Of a stretch of 60,344 nt of DNA, positions 38,415 through 46,947 are shown piece by piece (positions within the stretch are counted from its first letter, which is position 1; the number at the start of each line of letters is the position of its first letter). The position numbers were made by a program, and so were the translations under genes. The notes below the pieces were generated by a model. That model was not told the DNA's origin. It worked only from the letters and a program-made list of their open reading frames with translations, and did not search any database. This stretch comes from Nanobdellota archaeon (lineage in GTDB: Archaea; Nanobdellota; Nanobdellia; Pacearchaeales; GW2011-AR1), in NCBI GenBank assembly GCA_038045945.1, contig JBBSXC010000005.1, positions 1 to 60,344 on the forward strand, in the 5' to 3' direction.

Positions 38415-38699
38415 TTAAGCTTTTGGATGGCCACTCCTTAGCGGGATTTTTACTAATTCCTTCTTATTAGGTAATTTTAAGCATTCGTGGCAGAAAGTAA
38501 CTAATTCTTCTTCTACAAATTCTTGTTCTATATCAAATCCTTCTTCCCTACGAATTATTTTTCCACAAACATTACATATTAAGTCTTCAAACCAAGAATA
38601 GTATTTGTAATATCCTTTTTCTTTATTGTAAGCTTTCTCTAAATCTTCTTTAGTTGGGTAGCTAACATCTTCATTAGTTTCTTCTATATCTTTATCCAT
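38415..38699 (-). CDS. small zinc-finger protein, transposon cargo
   Basis: CNVC...CHEC. Confidence 0.7.
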   Translation of the reverse strand: MDKDIEETNEDVSYPTKEDLEKAYNKEKGYYKYYSWFEDLICNVCGKIIRREEGFDIEQEFVEEELVTFCHECLKLPNKKELVKIPLRSGHPKA

Positions 38700-38702
38700 T
38701 TT

Positions 38703-39020
38703 TTATGAGATTATAGACACCACTAAAGCCACAATAGATATTACAACTGCAACAACCGCCCAGATAAGGGTTAAGTCCTTTCTTCTTTCATCCTCTAATG
38801 TTCTAAGATATGTCATCCCTTTAGTAGTTAACAAATAATGTGCAGGTTGGCTAAATGTTACATAACCATGTGATTGCAATGTTGTAAACATAGCATCAGA
38901 CATTTTCTTCATAAACTTCTCCTTTTTAGTTTTATCAGACAAAGTGTCCATAATTTCAAGTGATTCATGACTAGCAAAGTACCTTAAAGCGTCATAAAAA
39001 GCTTTGTCAATTTTGTTCAT
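38703..39020 (-). CDS. winged-helix-like protein with C-terminal TM helix, transposon cargo
   Basis: L..HGYV.....Y.LT.KG pattern and a hydrophobic C-terminus. Confidence 0.65.
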   Translation of the reverse strand: MNKIDKAFYDALRYFASHESLEIMDTLSDKTKKEKFMKKMSDAMFTTLQSHGYVTFSQPAHYLLTTKGMTYLRTLEDERRKDLTLIWAVVAVVISIVALVVSIIS

Positions 39021-39478
39021 TTTTTAGCGTTTCCTTCTTCGTCAAATTCCATTTCTCCTTTCTTCTTGGTTAGTTCTTCTGGTATTCTGTATTCAACCCA
39101 TCTAACACGACCTTTCTCTATGGTTTCTTTCAGATTCTTTTCGTGAGCGTTTAGTTTTGATTTTCCTGATTTTATCTCTACAAATACTACTTCATCTATT
39201 TTCTTTTCATCCATGCCCTTGAAAACAATAAAATCAATAGGTTTACCAATAAAACGACACTCCGTTGGTAAATAATCAAAATCTGGCAAGTAAGGAGCTA
39301 ATTGTTCCGAGAATTGTCCACCTAATACTGCTCTAGACTTCATGATAGCATCTTTTCTATGGTCTGGCAAAGCTTCTTCCCATTCCTTATGCTTCCTGTA
39401 AGCCCCTATCTTCTGACCAATAAAGAAAGCTACAACCAAACCAATCAGTATAATTACAAGTGTTAATGCGTCTATCAT
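39017..39478 (-). CDS. membrane-anchored Holliday-junction-resolvase-like PD-(D/E)xK nuclease (Endonuc_Holl-like)
   Basis: N-terminal TM, SRAVLGGQFSEQLAPY and FIGKPIDFIVF...FVEIKSG. Confidence 0.85.
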   Translation of the reverse strand: MIDALTLVIILIGLVVAFFIGQKIGAYRKHKEWEEALPDHRKDAIMKSRAVLGGQFSEQLAPYLPDFDYLPTECRFIGKPIDFIVFKGMDEKKIDEVVFVEIKSGKSKLNAHEKNLKETIEKGRVRWVEYRIPEELTKKKGEMEFDEEGNAKK

Positions 39479-39479
39479 T

Positions 39480-41864
39480 TTAAAAGGTGCTTTTGATAAA
39501 ATTTAGACTCTTTTCAAAGGGCTCTTTTATTTCTTCAATTGTAGGAAGCTTCATCTGCGTTATGTTAGGTATTTCAAGTTTTAGTAGTCTTTTCTTTGTA
39601 ACCCATCTACCATAAGAGAAACGCCAATTATGAATGTTTATTTGTGAAGCGTAATAAAGGAGCTGTCTTAAACTCATATCTTTATTTGGGATTAATACTA
39701 AAACTGCTCCGTGACTTCTGGCTACGAAAGGCATTATTTGAACACTTGCTAAACCGAAAGATGACAAAGTTATACAGGGTTTTCTATAAATTAACTCTTC
39801 TTCATCTTCATCAATATACATTTCTACTCCATTGTTCGTTGTTGTACTGGTAATAAAGGGCATTTCCCCGTTACCGTAGTCTTCAATATTTTTTGACTTA
39901 GCATTTTCAATTGTGAATAAGTCTGATAATTGCTCATTACTCTTTATAGCACAATCAGTATCAAGATTTATAGAAGCTCCTTTGAAGAAAGGATTATTTA
40001 TTAGATGATTTACTAAGTTTAGGTGAGTGTGTCGCATTTGTTGAATAATTTCTTTGTTATTGTGTTTATCCTCTTTAAGGTAGTATTCGGGAGCACACTC
40101 CAAGTCTTTGTCTTCTTCATTGTACAGTATAGGTTCTATAGAATAGAGTTTAGGAACATTTTTTTGCTGTGTTATACTCCCATTGAGAAAATCTTTAACT
40201 AAAGACTTAATTGTTTCAATGTTACCATTTGACTTCTTTCTCATTACTCCTTTCTTCTTGATATAACCGTCTTCTAACCTTCCCCAAAAGACATCTTTCT
40301 TAAAATTATGCGGAACACCCTTTTGGATTATCACAGCCGAAGTAACAACACCTACAGGATAAAATAAATCTTCTGGAAGTTTTATTACAGCTTTTAGTGT
40401 ATTGTGCTTTAACATTTCTTTTCGCCATTCTCTTACCTTCATTCCTTTAAACATTATTGGGCTTGGAATAATAACAAATAGTAATCCACCGTCTTCCATT
40501 TGTGATAATCCGTAATCTACAAACTTGTATTCTTTTTCCTCTCCCTTCTTTAGGGCAAACGGCGGATTCATCAGAACCTTTGTTATAACTGGGTTCTTGT
40601 TTTCAGTCCCCTCTCTTTTAGCTTCCTTTCCAGTTTCAAATGAATCTTTAGTAATCTTGTTAATATTTTTTTGGAAACAGTTACCACTCATCATATTGTT
40701 TCTACCATCTCCCCTAAAAATCATATTAACCAGAGCTAGAGCAACAACCTCATCGTCTTGTTCTATCCCGAATAGGTTATAATTCTTGAATTTGTCTATT
40801 TGTTTAGCATTTGAATTTTTCTTAATATAATCAAAGGCAGAAACTAAAAATCCCCCTGTTCCACAAGCAGGGTCTAGGATATAGTCGCTATTCTTAACAT
40901 CTAAAACTTCTACTCCAAACTTTGTTATGTGTCTTGGTGTTAAGACTATGCCAATTTCCTTAGCACCATTTCCATACTTCAAAAACTTTTCATAGAACTT
41001 ACCCAGAATATCATTTCCAGAAGCCATGGCGTTCTTAATATCTAAAGTTTGTAATTCTTTTAATGTGTCTATTACGGCTTTGCGATATTTTATGTGATTT
41101 TCTGGTATCGGCGGAACTTCAAGTTTGATATAGTCATAAAATCCTTCTTTTTTTACTTCTCTTAGTTTCTTTTTAATCAGAGTATTAACATTTTCTACTA
41201 AAGTTGTTGTGTCTTTTTCTCTTAAGTCTATTTCAGAATCAATGGAAAGAGATAATACTAATCCTGCTAAAAATCTTGCTCTTTTATTTTTATTTACTCC
41301 AGCATTATGTAATATCTCGTTTATATTCTCGGCAGAACCCAGATATTTTTCTTCTGGAAAATCTGGAAACTCTTGCCAGTTTGGGGTTTTATTACTTAAA
41401 AGATAGTTAGCTTGTTCTTTAGATAAGAGTGTATCTTTAGGTTTTCCGTTAAACAAAATCTTCTCCCATTTTCCCTTATGTAAGTATTCATTTACTATAG
41501 TATAACCATCTGTATCATTACCTGCAATTCCAGAAGCGATAATACACTTAAGATTAGAATTATCATTAATCCGCCTGGCATAATAATTTTTTGCCTCTTC
41601 TAATGCTCTGTCAATTTCTTTCTTTTCCCTTTTGCTCTCTATTACCCAAACTTCTATTTCATTTAATTTTATTACAGCTTCGGGTCTTTTCGTTCCAAAC
41701 GCTTTCTTAATATCATCATTAGCTAAGCACTCATTTTGCTTGTAGACTTCTCCTTCTGGAACTCTTGCAGGATTTTTAACAATCCACCCTAACTTTTCTA
41801 ATTCTTCTTTAATGTAAGAATAAGCATCCACTTCACTATTAGTAGGATTATTTGAGTGAGCCAT
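39480..41864 (-). CDS. single-chain Type IIG-like restriction-modification enzyme (nuclease + m6A MTase + TRD)
   Basis: RPE...VIESK nuclease-like motif, LTPRHI, LDPACGTGGFL, NPPF and a C-terminal HsdS-like TRD (PFITSTTTNNGV, FSYGR). An alternative start exists at 41957. Confidence 0.85.
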   Translation of the reverse strand: MAHSNNPTNSEVDAYSYIKEELEKLGWIVKNPARVPEGEVYKQNECLANDDIKKAFGTKRPEAVIKLNEIEVWVIESKREKKEIDRALEEAKNYYARRINDNSNLKCIIASGIAGNDTDGYTIVNEYLHKGKWEKILFNGKPKDTLLSKEQANYLLSNKTPNWQEFPDFPEEKYLGSAENINEILHNAGVNKNKRARFLAGLVLSLSIDSEIDLREKDTTTLVENVNTLIKKKLREVKKEGFYDYIKLEVPPIPENHIKYRKAVIDTLKELQTLDIKNAMASGNDILGKFYEKFLKYGNGAKEIGIVLTPRHITKFGVEVLDVKNSDYILDPACGTGGFLVSAFDYIKKNSNAKQIDKFKNYNLFGIEQDDEVVALALVNMIFRGDGRNNMMSGNCFQKNINKITKDSFETGKEAKREGTENKNPVITKVLMNPPFALKKGEEKEYKFVDYGLSQMEDGGLLFVIIPSPIMFKGMKVREWRKEMLKHNTLKAVIKLPEDLFYPVGVVTSAVIIQKGVPHNFKKDVFWGRLEDGYIKKKGVMRKKSNGNIETIKSLVKDFLNGSITQQKNVPKLYSIEPILYNEEDKDLECAPEYYLKEDKHNNKEIIQQMRHTHLNLVNHLINNPFFKGASINLDTDCAIKSNEQLSDLFTIENAKSKNIEDYGNGEMPFITSTTTNNGVEMYIDEDEEELIYRKPCITLSSFGLASVQIMPFVARSHGAVLVLIPNKDMSLRQLLYYASQINIHNWRFSYGRWVTKKRLLKLEIPNITQMKLPTIEEIKEPFEKSLNFIKSTF

Positions 41865-41953
41865 CTTTATATTTATACCATTAAGCCTATTTAAATAGTT
41901 TTTCTTTTCTCTTATCTCGGTTTTACTTAAATCTTTATTGATAATAGAATCTT

Positions 41954-43174
41954 TCATCCTTTTTCCTCCAATACAAATTCTCCTTTTATCCCTAGTTCGC
42001 TTATTTCTTGTATTACGCAAACTATGTTATGACAAATAAATTTTAGTAATAGTTCGTTAGTTTGTGCTTCTTTCGTTTTGCTTCTAAGACCGTCTCTGAA
42101 CTTTGTTTTAATCATGTGAAAAACTGTTTCTACATTACTTCTTTTGTGGTAGTGTTCTAAGAACTCTTCTTGTTTGTAGATGAAATAGTGGTACATTCTT
42201 TTCCAAATGTCTGAGCCTCTTGCTTTTGCTATTGCGTTTCTTTTGAAAGGAATGTAGGGGACAGCTCCCACATCTTCTATGGTTTGTAAGTTCTTACGAG
42301 AACTATAAGCACGGTCTCCACTAACCTCGCCCACCTTAAATGTTTTAGCTGTCTCCTCAACAAGGTGAGGCAGTGAAGGACTATCATTCGTGTTACCATC
42401 AGTAATTTCAACACTTGTAACAATGTTGGTTTTAACACCTGTCATGATGTGAGCTTTAATCCAAGTTTGATACTTAATCTCCTTACCATGCTTGTAACTA
42501 AAGTATCTAGCAAAACGTGAAGTGGAAAAGCCCGAGCTGTCCACAGCAAAGCTACTTTCAACTTCTTTCAAGGGACTAGAACTCATTCTAATTAAAGATT
42601 GAAGAATATCAGTTATCTCTGGTTTCTGCATGAAGTGACCAATAGAAGCATAGCAAGGAACAGAATCAATTAATCTCATTTCCTTAGCAATCTTTAAGTC
42701 AGACATGAAACGCCTTAATGAGAATCCACTGTACACCTTTAATGCTGAAGCAAATATCATATCCGCAAAGGGAAGTTTAGGCCTTCCGAACTCATACGTT
42801 GGTTGTTCTATGTAGTCGCATAAATCCTTTAGGAGCTTCAAGAAGACAAGTTTTTCGTTAGTTTGAGCATTATCATAAGCTTTCCATTCTTGTGTATAAC
42901 TAACCTTAACGCCCTTAGTTTCCGTGACGTTTCCTCTATCATCAATCTGTTTCTTAATGTAAAACTCAACAGCATAGATGTGCTTACACTTACTCTTTCT
43001 TAATTCACAATCGGCACAGTTACATGATGGCTGGTGTCCATTGTATCTTACTAAGTAAGACTTACTGCTTGTCTCTGAAGGAACTCTCCAACCAAAAGGC
43101 GTCTTGACTATCTTGAAGCGTTTAACGATGTCCTTTCCTCGTTCTTCTCTTGTTGCTAATTTACTTTGTGTCAT
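41954..43174 (-). CDS. DDE transposase (IS5/IS4-like DDE_Tnp_1 fold) with N-terminal SWIM zinc finger
   Basis: CNCADC....KCKH SWIM finger; catalytic AVDSSG, GDRAY and Y..RSNVETVF..K residues intact. Confidence 0.92.
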   Translation of the reverse strand: MTQSKLATREERGKDIVKRFKIVKTPFGWRVPSETSSKSYLVRYNGHQPSCNCADCELRKSKCKHIYAVEFYIKKQIDDRGNVTETKGVKVSYTQEWKAYDNAQTNEKLVFLKLLKDLCDYIEQPTYEFGRPKLPFADMIFASALKVYSGFSLRRFMSDLKIAKEMRLIDSVPCYASIGHFMQKPEITDILQSLIRMSSSPLKEVESSFAVDSSGFSTSRFARYFSYKHGKEIKYQTWIKAHIMTGVKTNIVTSVEITDGNTNDSPSLPHLVEETAKTFKVGEVSGDRAYSSRKNLQTIEDVGAVPYIPFKRNAIAKARGSDIWKRMYHYFIYKQEEFLEHYHKRSNVETVFHMIKTKFRDGLRSKTKEAQTNELLLKFICHNIVCVIQEISELGIKGEFVLEEKG

Positions 43175-43177
43175 TTT

Positions 43178-43250
43178 GTAATAGTAATATAGTAATATGT
43201 ATTACTTTATCTATTTAAATGTTTCTATATGGAAATATTTATATATTACT
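43178..43250. promoter_or_regulatory. divergent promoter region with repeated AGTAATAT boxes (putative RHH operator)
   Basis: AGTAATAT at 43183 and 43191, inverted copies at 43200-43206 and 43243-43250, and TATA-like boxes between them. Confidence 0.6.
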
Positions 43251-43269
43251 TTTCATACCTCTTTTTAAT

Positions 43270-43410
43270 ATGAATGAACAAAAAGAGACTATCAGCCTCA
43301 AAATTGACCCTCAACTGTGGAGAGATGCAAAAAAACATTGCATTGATAAAAAACTAAAATACTCTGACTACGTTGAGAGTCTTATAAAAAAAGATTTGGG
43401 TAAAAAATAA
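43270..43410 (+). CDS. ribbon-helix-helix (CopG/Arc-like) regulator, 46 aa
   Basis: KETISLKIDPQLWRDAKKHC...YSDYVESLIKKDL has a beta-alpha-alpha pattern. Confidence 0.8.
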   Translation: MNEQKETISLKIDPQLWRDAKKHCIDKKLKYSDYVESLIKKDLGKK

Positions 43411-43429
43411 TTTAGGTAGTAGAAAATAT

Positions 43430-43747
43430 ATGTCCAAAGAATCGCTTAATAAACAAATATTTTTTGGGGCTATGGGATTATTCTTTTCCTTTCCTACTGC
43501 AGAAGAAACATTCTTGCAATATATCGCCCCTACTGTCTTAAGAGATTCTACTAACCCCTCAATTCCAATACTCATAGGCTTAATAGGAATTTTAATAGCT
43601 ATATCATCTATTTCTTGGCTTATTATCATAGCTAAGCAAATTAAAAAGATGTGGGGAATACTCACTGATAAACATCTAAGAAACATGGTTTTTGCGTTCT
43701 TTTTAGGAGCAGTAGTCGGAATGGCACTCAAAGTAATAGTCTTTTGA
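43430..43747 (+). CDS. small membrane protein, transposon cargo
   Basis: Two to three hydrophobic helices. Confidence 0.6.
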   Translation: MSKESLNKQIFFGAMGLFFSFPTAEETFLQYIAPTVLRDSTNPSIPILIGLIGILIAISSISWLIIIAKQIKKMWGILTDKHLRNMVFAFFLGAVVGMALKVIVF

Positions 43748-43792
43748 AGATAAAATAATAAGAATATTTAATAATAAGCCTATGTTTAGTTT

Positions 43793-43933
43793 ATGATGAG
43801 TCAGCAATTTAAATGCCCCGAATGCCAGTCTAGCCTATTTCATGTGGATAGTTCAGGTAACGAAGAATACGTTCTAAAGTGTTACAAAACTAAGAATTGT
43901 AAATGGGAAATAAAGGTCAAAAAGTCAAATTGA
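43793..43933 (+). CDS. small zinc-ribbon protein (46 aa), transposon cargo
   Basis: MMSQQFKCPECQSSLFHVDSSGNEEYVLKCYKTKNCKWEIKVKKSN; not in the ORF track. Confidence 0.6.
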   Translation: MMSQQFKCPECQSSLFHVDSSGNEEYVLKCYKTKNCKWEIKVKKSN

Positions 43934-43950
43934 CTTTATACACAAGCTTT

Positions 43951-43967
43951 ACTTCTTACACAAAGCC
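43951..43967 (-). repeat. right terminal inverted repeat
   Basis: ACTTCTTACACAAAGCC is the reverse complement of the left TIR. Confidence 0.95.
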
Positions 43968-43976
43968 CAAAAAACC
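43968..43976 (+). repeat. right 9-bp target-site duplication CAAAAAACC
   Basis: Identical to 38185-38193. Confidence 0.93.
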
Positions 43977-44110
43977 TCAAAGTTTAAATACCCCCAAGAA
44001 AGTATTATAATTAATAAAGAAAATAAGTTAATTTAGGTTTTTAATTTCTTCATAAGGGCCAATTAAAAGGCTAAATTAAAGTAAAAAATTACAGGATAAA
44101 AACAAAAATC

Positions 44111-44833
44111 ATGGAAATGCCAATGGATATGCAAAATCAAGCAATGGGTTATGATAGAGCAGCAACTATGTTCTCACCAGACGGACACTTATTACAAGTA
44201 GAATACGCAGAAAAAACAGTAAGGTGGGGAAGTGCAAGCATAGGAATAGTATGCTCTGACGGAGTAGTAATAGTAGCACACAGAAGAGTAAAAGACCAAT
44301 TGATAAACGAAGAAAGTGCTAACAAAATATACGAAGTTGACAGACATATAATGGGAGCAGCAGCAGGAATATTATCAGACGCTAGAGTACTAATAGAAGA
44401 CGCACAACTAATAGCACAACAAAACAGAGTAACATATGACAGCGACATAAACGTAGAATCAATAATAAAAGATATAGCAAACGCAAAACAAAAATTCACA
44501 CAGTACGGAGGAGTAAGACCATTTGGAGTAGCAGTAATGATAGCAGGAGTATCATCAGGCAAACCACAACTATACCTTTCAGACGTAACAGGAAACTACT
44601 TCTCATACAAAGCAGCAGCAGTAGGACACGACGACGACAAAATAAGAGAAATACTAAGACAAGAATACAAAGAAAATATGAACTTAAGCAGCGGAATAAA
44701 ACTAGCACTAAAAGTATTCAAAAGAGTTCTAGAAAAAGATTATAACATTAACAATTTTGACGTAGGAATAATAAAAACTGACGAAGCAAAAATAAAAAGA
44801 TTAAACACAGAAGAACTAAAAAAACATGAGTAA
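44111..44833 (+). CDS. psmA: proteasome alpha subunit
   Basis: GYDRAATMFSPDGHLLQVEYA and TQYGGVRPFGV. Confidence 0.96.
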   Translation: MEMPMDMQNQAMGYDRAATMFSPDGHLLQVEYAEKTVRWGSASIGIVCSDGVVIVAHRRVKDQLINEESANKIYEVDRHIMGAAAGILSDARVLIEDAQLIAQQNRVTYDSDINVESIIKDIANAKQKFTQYGGVRPFGVAVMIAGVSSGKPQLYLSDVTGNYFSYKAAAVGHDDDKIREILRQEYKENMNLSSGIKLALKVFKRVLEKDYNINNFDVGIIKTDEAKIKRLNTEELKKHE

Positions 44834-45500
44834 CGTAGAAGCAAAAATAAGAATTAATGGAAAAACTTACGGAGTCCTAGTTGATTTCGAAAAAGCAATA
44901 GCAGTAAAAGAAGGAAGAGCAAAATTAGGAGCAGAAGTATTAGCAATGAACGAAGTATTCTCAGATATTAAAAAAGGAATGAGAGCAGGATCTGACGAAG
45001 TTATGAATGCATTCGGAACTAATGACATATTCAAAATAACTGAAAGAGTAATAAAAAACGGAGAATTACAAATACCAGCAGATTACAAAAACAAACAAAG
45101 AGAAGACAAAGTAAAACAAGTAATCGACTTCATAAGTAGAAACGCAGTAGACCCAAAAACAGGCAGACCACACACAATAGAAAGAGTGAAAACAGCGATA
45201 GAACAAGCAGGAGTTAACGTAGATAACAGACCAATAGAAGAACAAATAACACACATCATGGATAAACTAAAAGTCATAATACCACTAAAAATGGAAACAA
45301 AAAAAATAAAAGTAACGATACCAGCGTCGTATAGTGGAAGAGCATACTCAATAGTGAAAGATTTAAAAGAGAAGGAAGAATGGTTAAACAATGGAGACTT
45401 GTTATGTGTAGTAAACGTCCCTGCGGGAATGCAAATGGACTTTTATGATAAACTTAACGGGGCAACACACGGAGCAGCAATAGCTGAAGAAATAAAATAA
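44826..45500 (+). CDS. sdo1: ribosome maturation factor SBDS/Sdo1
   Basis: FSDIKKG.RA, AFGT.D, GELQ, DPKTGRPH and PAGMQ..FYD; usual operon position after psmA. Confidence 0.92.
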   Translation: MSNVEAKIRINGKTYGVLVDFEKAIAVKEGRAKLGAEVLAMNEVFSDIKKGMRAGSDEVMNAFGTNDIFKITERVIKNGELQIPADYKNKQREDKVKQVIDFISRNAVDPKTGRPHTIERVKTAIEQAGVNVDNRPIEEQITHIMDKLKVIIPLKMETKKIKVTIPASYSGRAYSIVKDLKEKEEWLNNGDLLCVVNVPAGMQMDFYDKLNGATHGAAIAEEIK

Positions 45501-45502
45501 CA

Positions 45503-46243
45503 ATGGCATACGAACAAAGACAGAATTATGAACGTGAAGAACCACAATCTCAAGATATGGGAAGTGATATCGACCACGACAAAAAAAGAAGCATAGCAAT
45601 ACCTGGAGAGATAATAAAGACAGGAAAAGAATACTTACCTGGAGACGGAACAAGAAGAGAAGGAGACGATATTGTAGCTTCCAGATTCGGACTACAAGAC
45701 GAATACAACAGATTCATCAGGGTTATACCACTATCAGGAGTTTACATACCAAGGCGTGGAAACTTAGTAATAGGAAAAGTATTAGACATAACATTCAACG
45801 GATGGATAATAGACGTTGGAGGACCATACTCAGCATTCTTAATGATTAACGAATACCCAAAGTATATCGAAAGCGACGACTTAGACTCTTATATCGCAAT
45901 AGGAGACTTAGTACTTTGTAAAATCCTAAGAACAAAAAGAAAGGGATTAGACTTAACAATGAAAAGCAGAGGACTAGGAAAAATCGATGACGGAATGATA
46001 GTTCAAATAAACTCAAATAAAGTACCAAGAGTAATAGGAAAAGAAGGAAGCATGATAAACCTAATAAAAGACGCAACAAAATGCGACATAACAGTAGGAC
46101 AAAACGGAATAATATGGATTAAAGGAGCAAGCGTGAGCGAAGAACTAAAAGCTAAAGAAATAATAAGTTTTGTTGTTGAAAGATCATACGTATCAGGATT
46201 AACAGAAGAAGTTAAAAAATATGTTGCGGAGATGAACAAATGA
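45503..46243 (+). CDS. rrp4: exosome RNA-binding subunit Rrp4
   Basis: VIPLSGVYIP..G..VIG, S1 domain and KH domain (KVPRVIGKEGSM, VGQNG.IW). Confidence 0.93.
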   Translation: MAYEQRQNYEREEPQSQDMGSDIDHDKKRSIAIPGEIIKTGKEYLPGDGTRREGDDIVASRFGLQDEYNRFIRVIPLSGVYIPRRGNLVIGKVLDITFNGWIIDVGGPYSAFLMINEYPKYIESDDLDSYIAIGDLVLCKILRTKRKGLDLTMKSRGLGKIDDGMIVQINSNKVPRVIGKEGSMINLIKDATKCDITVGQNGIIWIKGASVSEELKAKEIISFVVERSYVSGLTEEVKKYVAEMNK

Positions 46244-46947
46244 GTTACATAAAAAGATTTGACGGAAGAAAATTCAACGAAGCAAGAAAAATGACAGCAG
46301 AAGTAGGAGTAATACCTAACGCTGACGGAAGCGCAAAATTCTCATTCGGAGACACAATAGCAATAGCAGCAGTATACGGACCAAAAACACTACACCCACA
46401 ACACATGCAAAACCCACAAACAGGAATTCTGCGTTGCACTTATGACATGTTATCATTCTCAGTATCAGAAAGAAAGAAGCCAGGAATTAACAGAAGAAGC
46501 CAAGAAATAGGAAAAATAATCGAGTGGGCTCTTTCACCTACACTTGACTTAGAAGAATTCCCAAATACTGTAGTTGACGTTCATGTTATGATAATTCAAG
46601 CAAACGCAAGCACAAGATGCGCTGGAATAAACGCAGCATCAATGGCATTAGCACAAGCAGGAGTACCAATGAAAGACTTAGTATCAAGCATATCAATAGG
46701 AAAACTAGACAAACAGTTAGTAGTTGATGTTAGCAAAGAAGAAGAAGACTATAAAGAAGGAGAGGGGGCAACTGATATGGCAATGAGTTTCCTATCAAAC
46801 TCTGACACTCTAGTAGCATTACAACTTGATGGTAAAATACAACCTAACACGCTTAAAGAAGCAATAAAACTAGGTAAAGAAGCAACTAAAGAAATACACG
46901 CATTACAAGTAAAAGCACTAAAAGATTTCATGGAGAAAAAACAATAA
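46240..46947 (+). CDS. rrp41: exosome exonuclease Rrp41
   Basis: RFDGRK..EAR, ADGSA, AAVYGP, FSVSERK and ASTRCAGINAA. Confidence 0.95.
   Translation: MSYIKRFDGRKFNEARKMTAEVGVIPNADGSAKFSFGDTIAIAAVYGPKTLHPQHMQNPQTGILRCTYDMLSFSVSERKKPGINRRSQEIGKIIEWALSPTLDLEEFPNTVVDVHVMIIQANASTRCAGINAASMALAQAGVPMKDLVSSISIGKLDKQLVVDVSKEEEDYKEGEGATDMAMSFLSNSDTLVALQLDGKIQPNTLKEAIKLGKEATKEIHALQVKALKDFMEKKQ

Larger units (their letters stand above)
38194..43967. mobile_element. 5,774-bp cargo-carrying DDE transposon (IS5/IS903-like ends) carrying a restriction-modification gene
   Basis: Perfect 17-bp TIRs, a 9-bp TSD, one internal transposase and a base composition unlike the flanks. Confidence 0.92.

Noticed and set aside
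38256-38441. 61-aa plus-strand ORF inside the element
   Set aside because: The opposite-strand 46-aa ORF has a TATA box, is co-oriented with the cargo and has a more protein-like composition.
41865-42020. 846-aa version of the R-M gene starting at 42020
   Set aside because: It overlaps the transposase C-terminus by 67 nt; the ATGs at 41864 (TATA-supported) or 41957 (stop-coupled) are more plausible.
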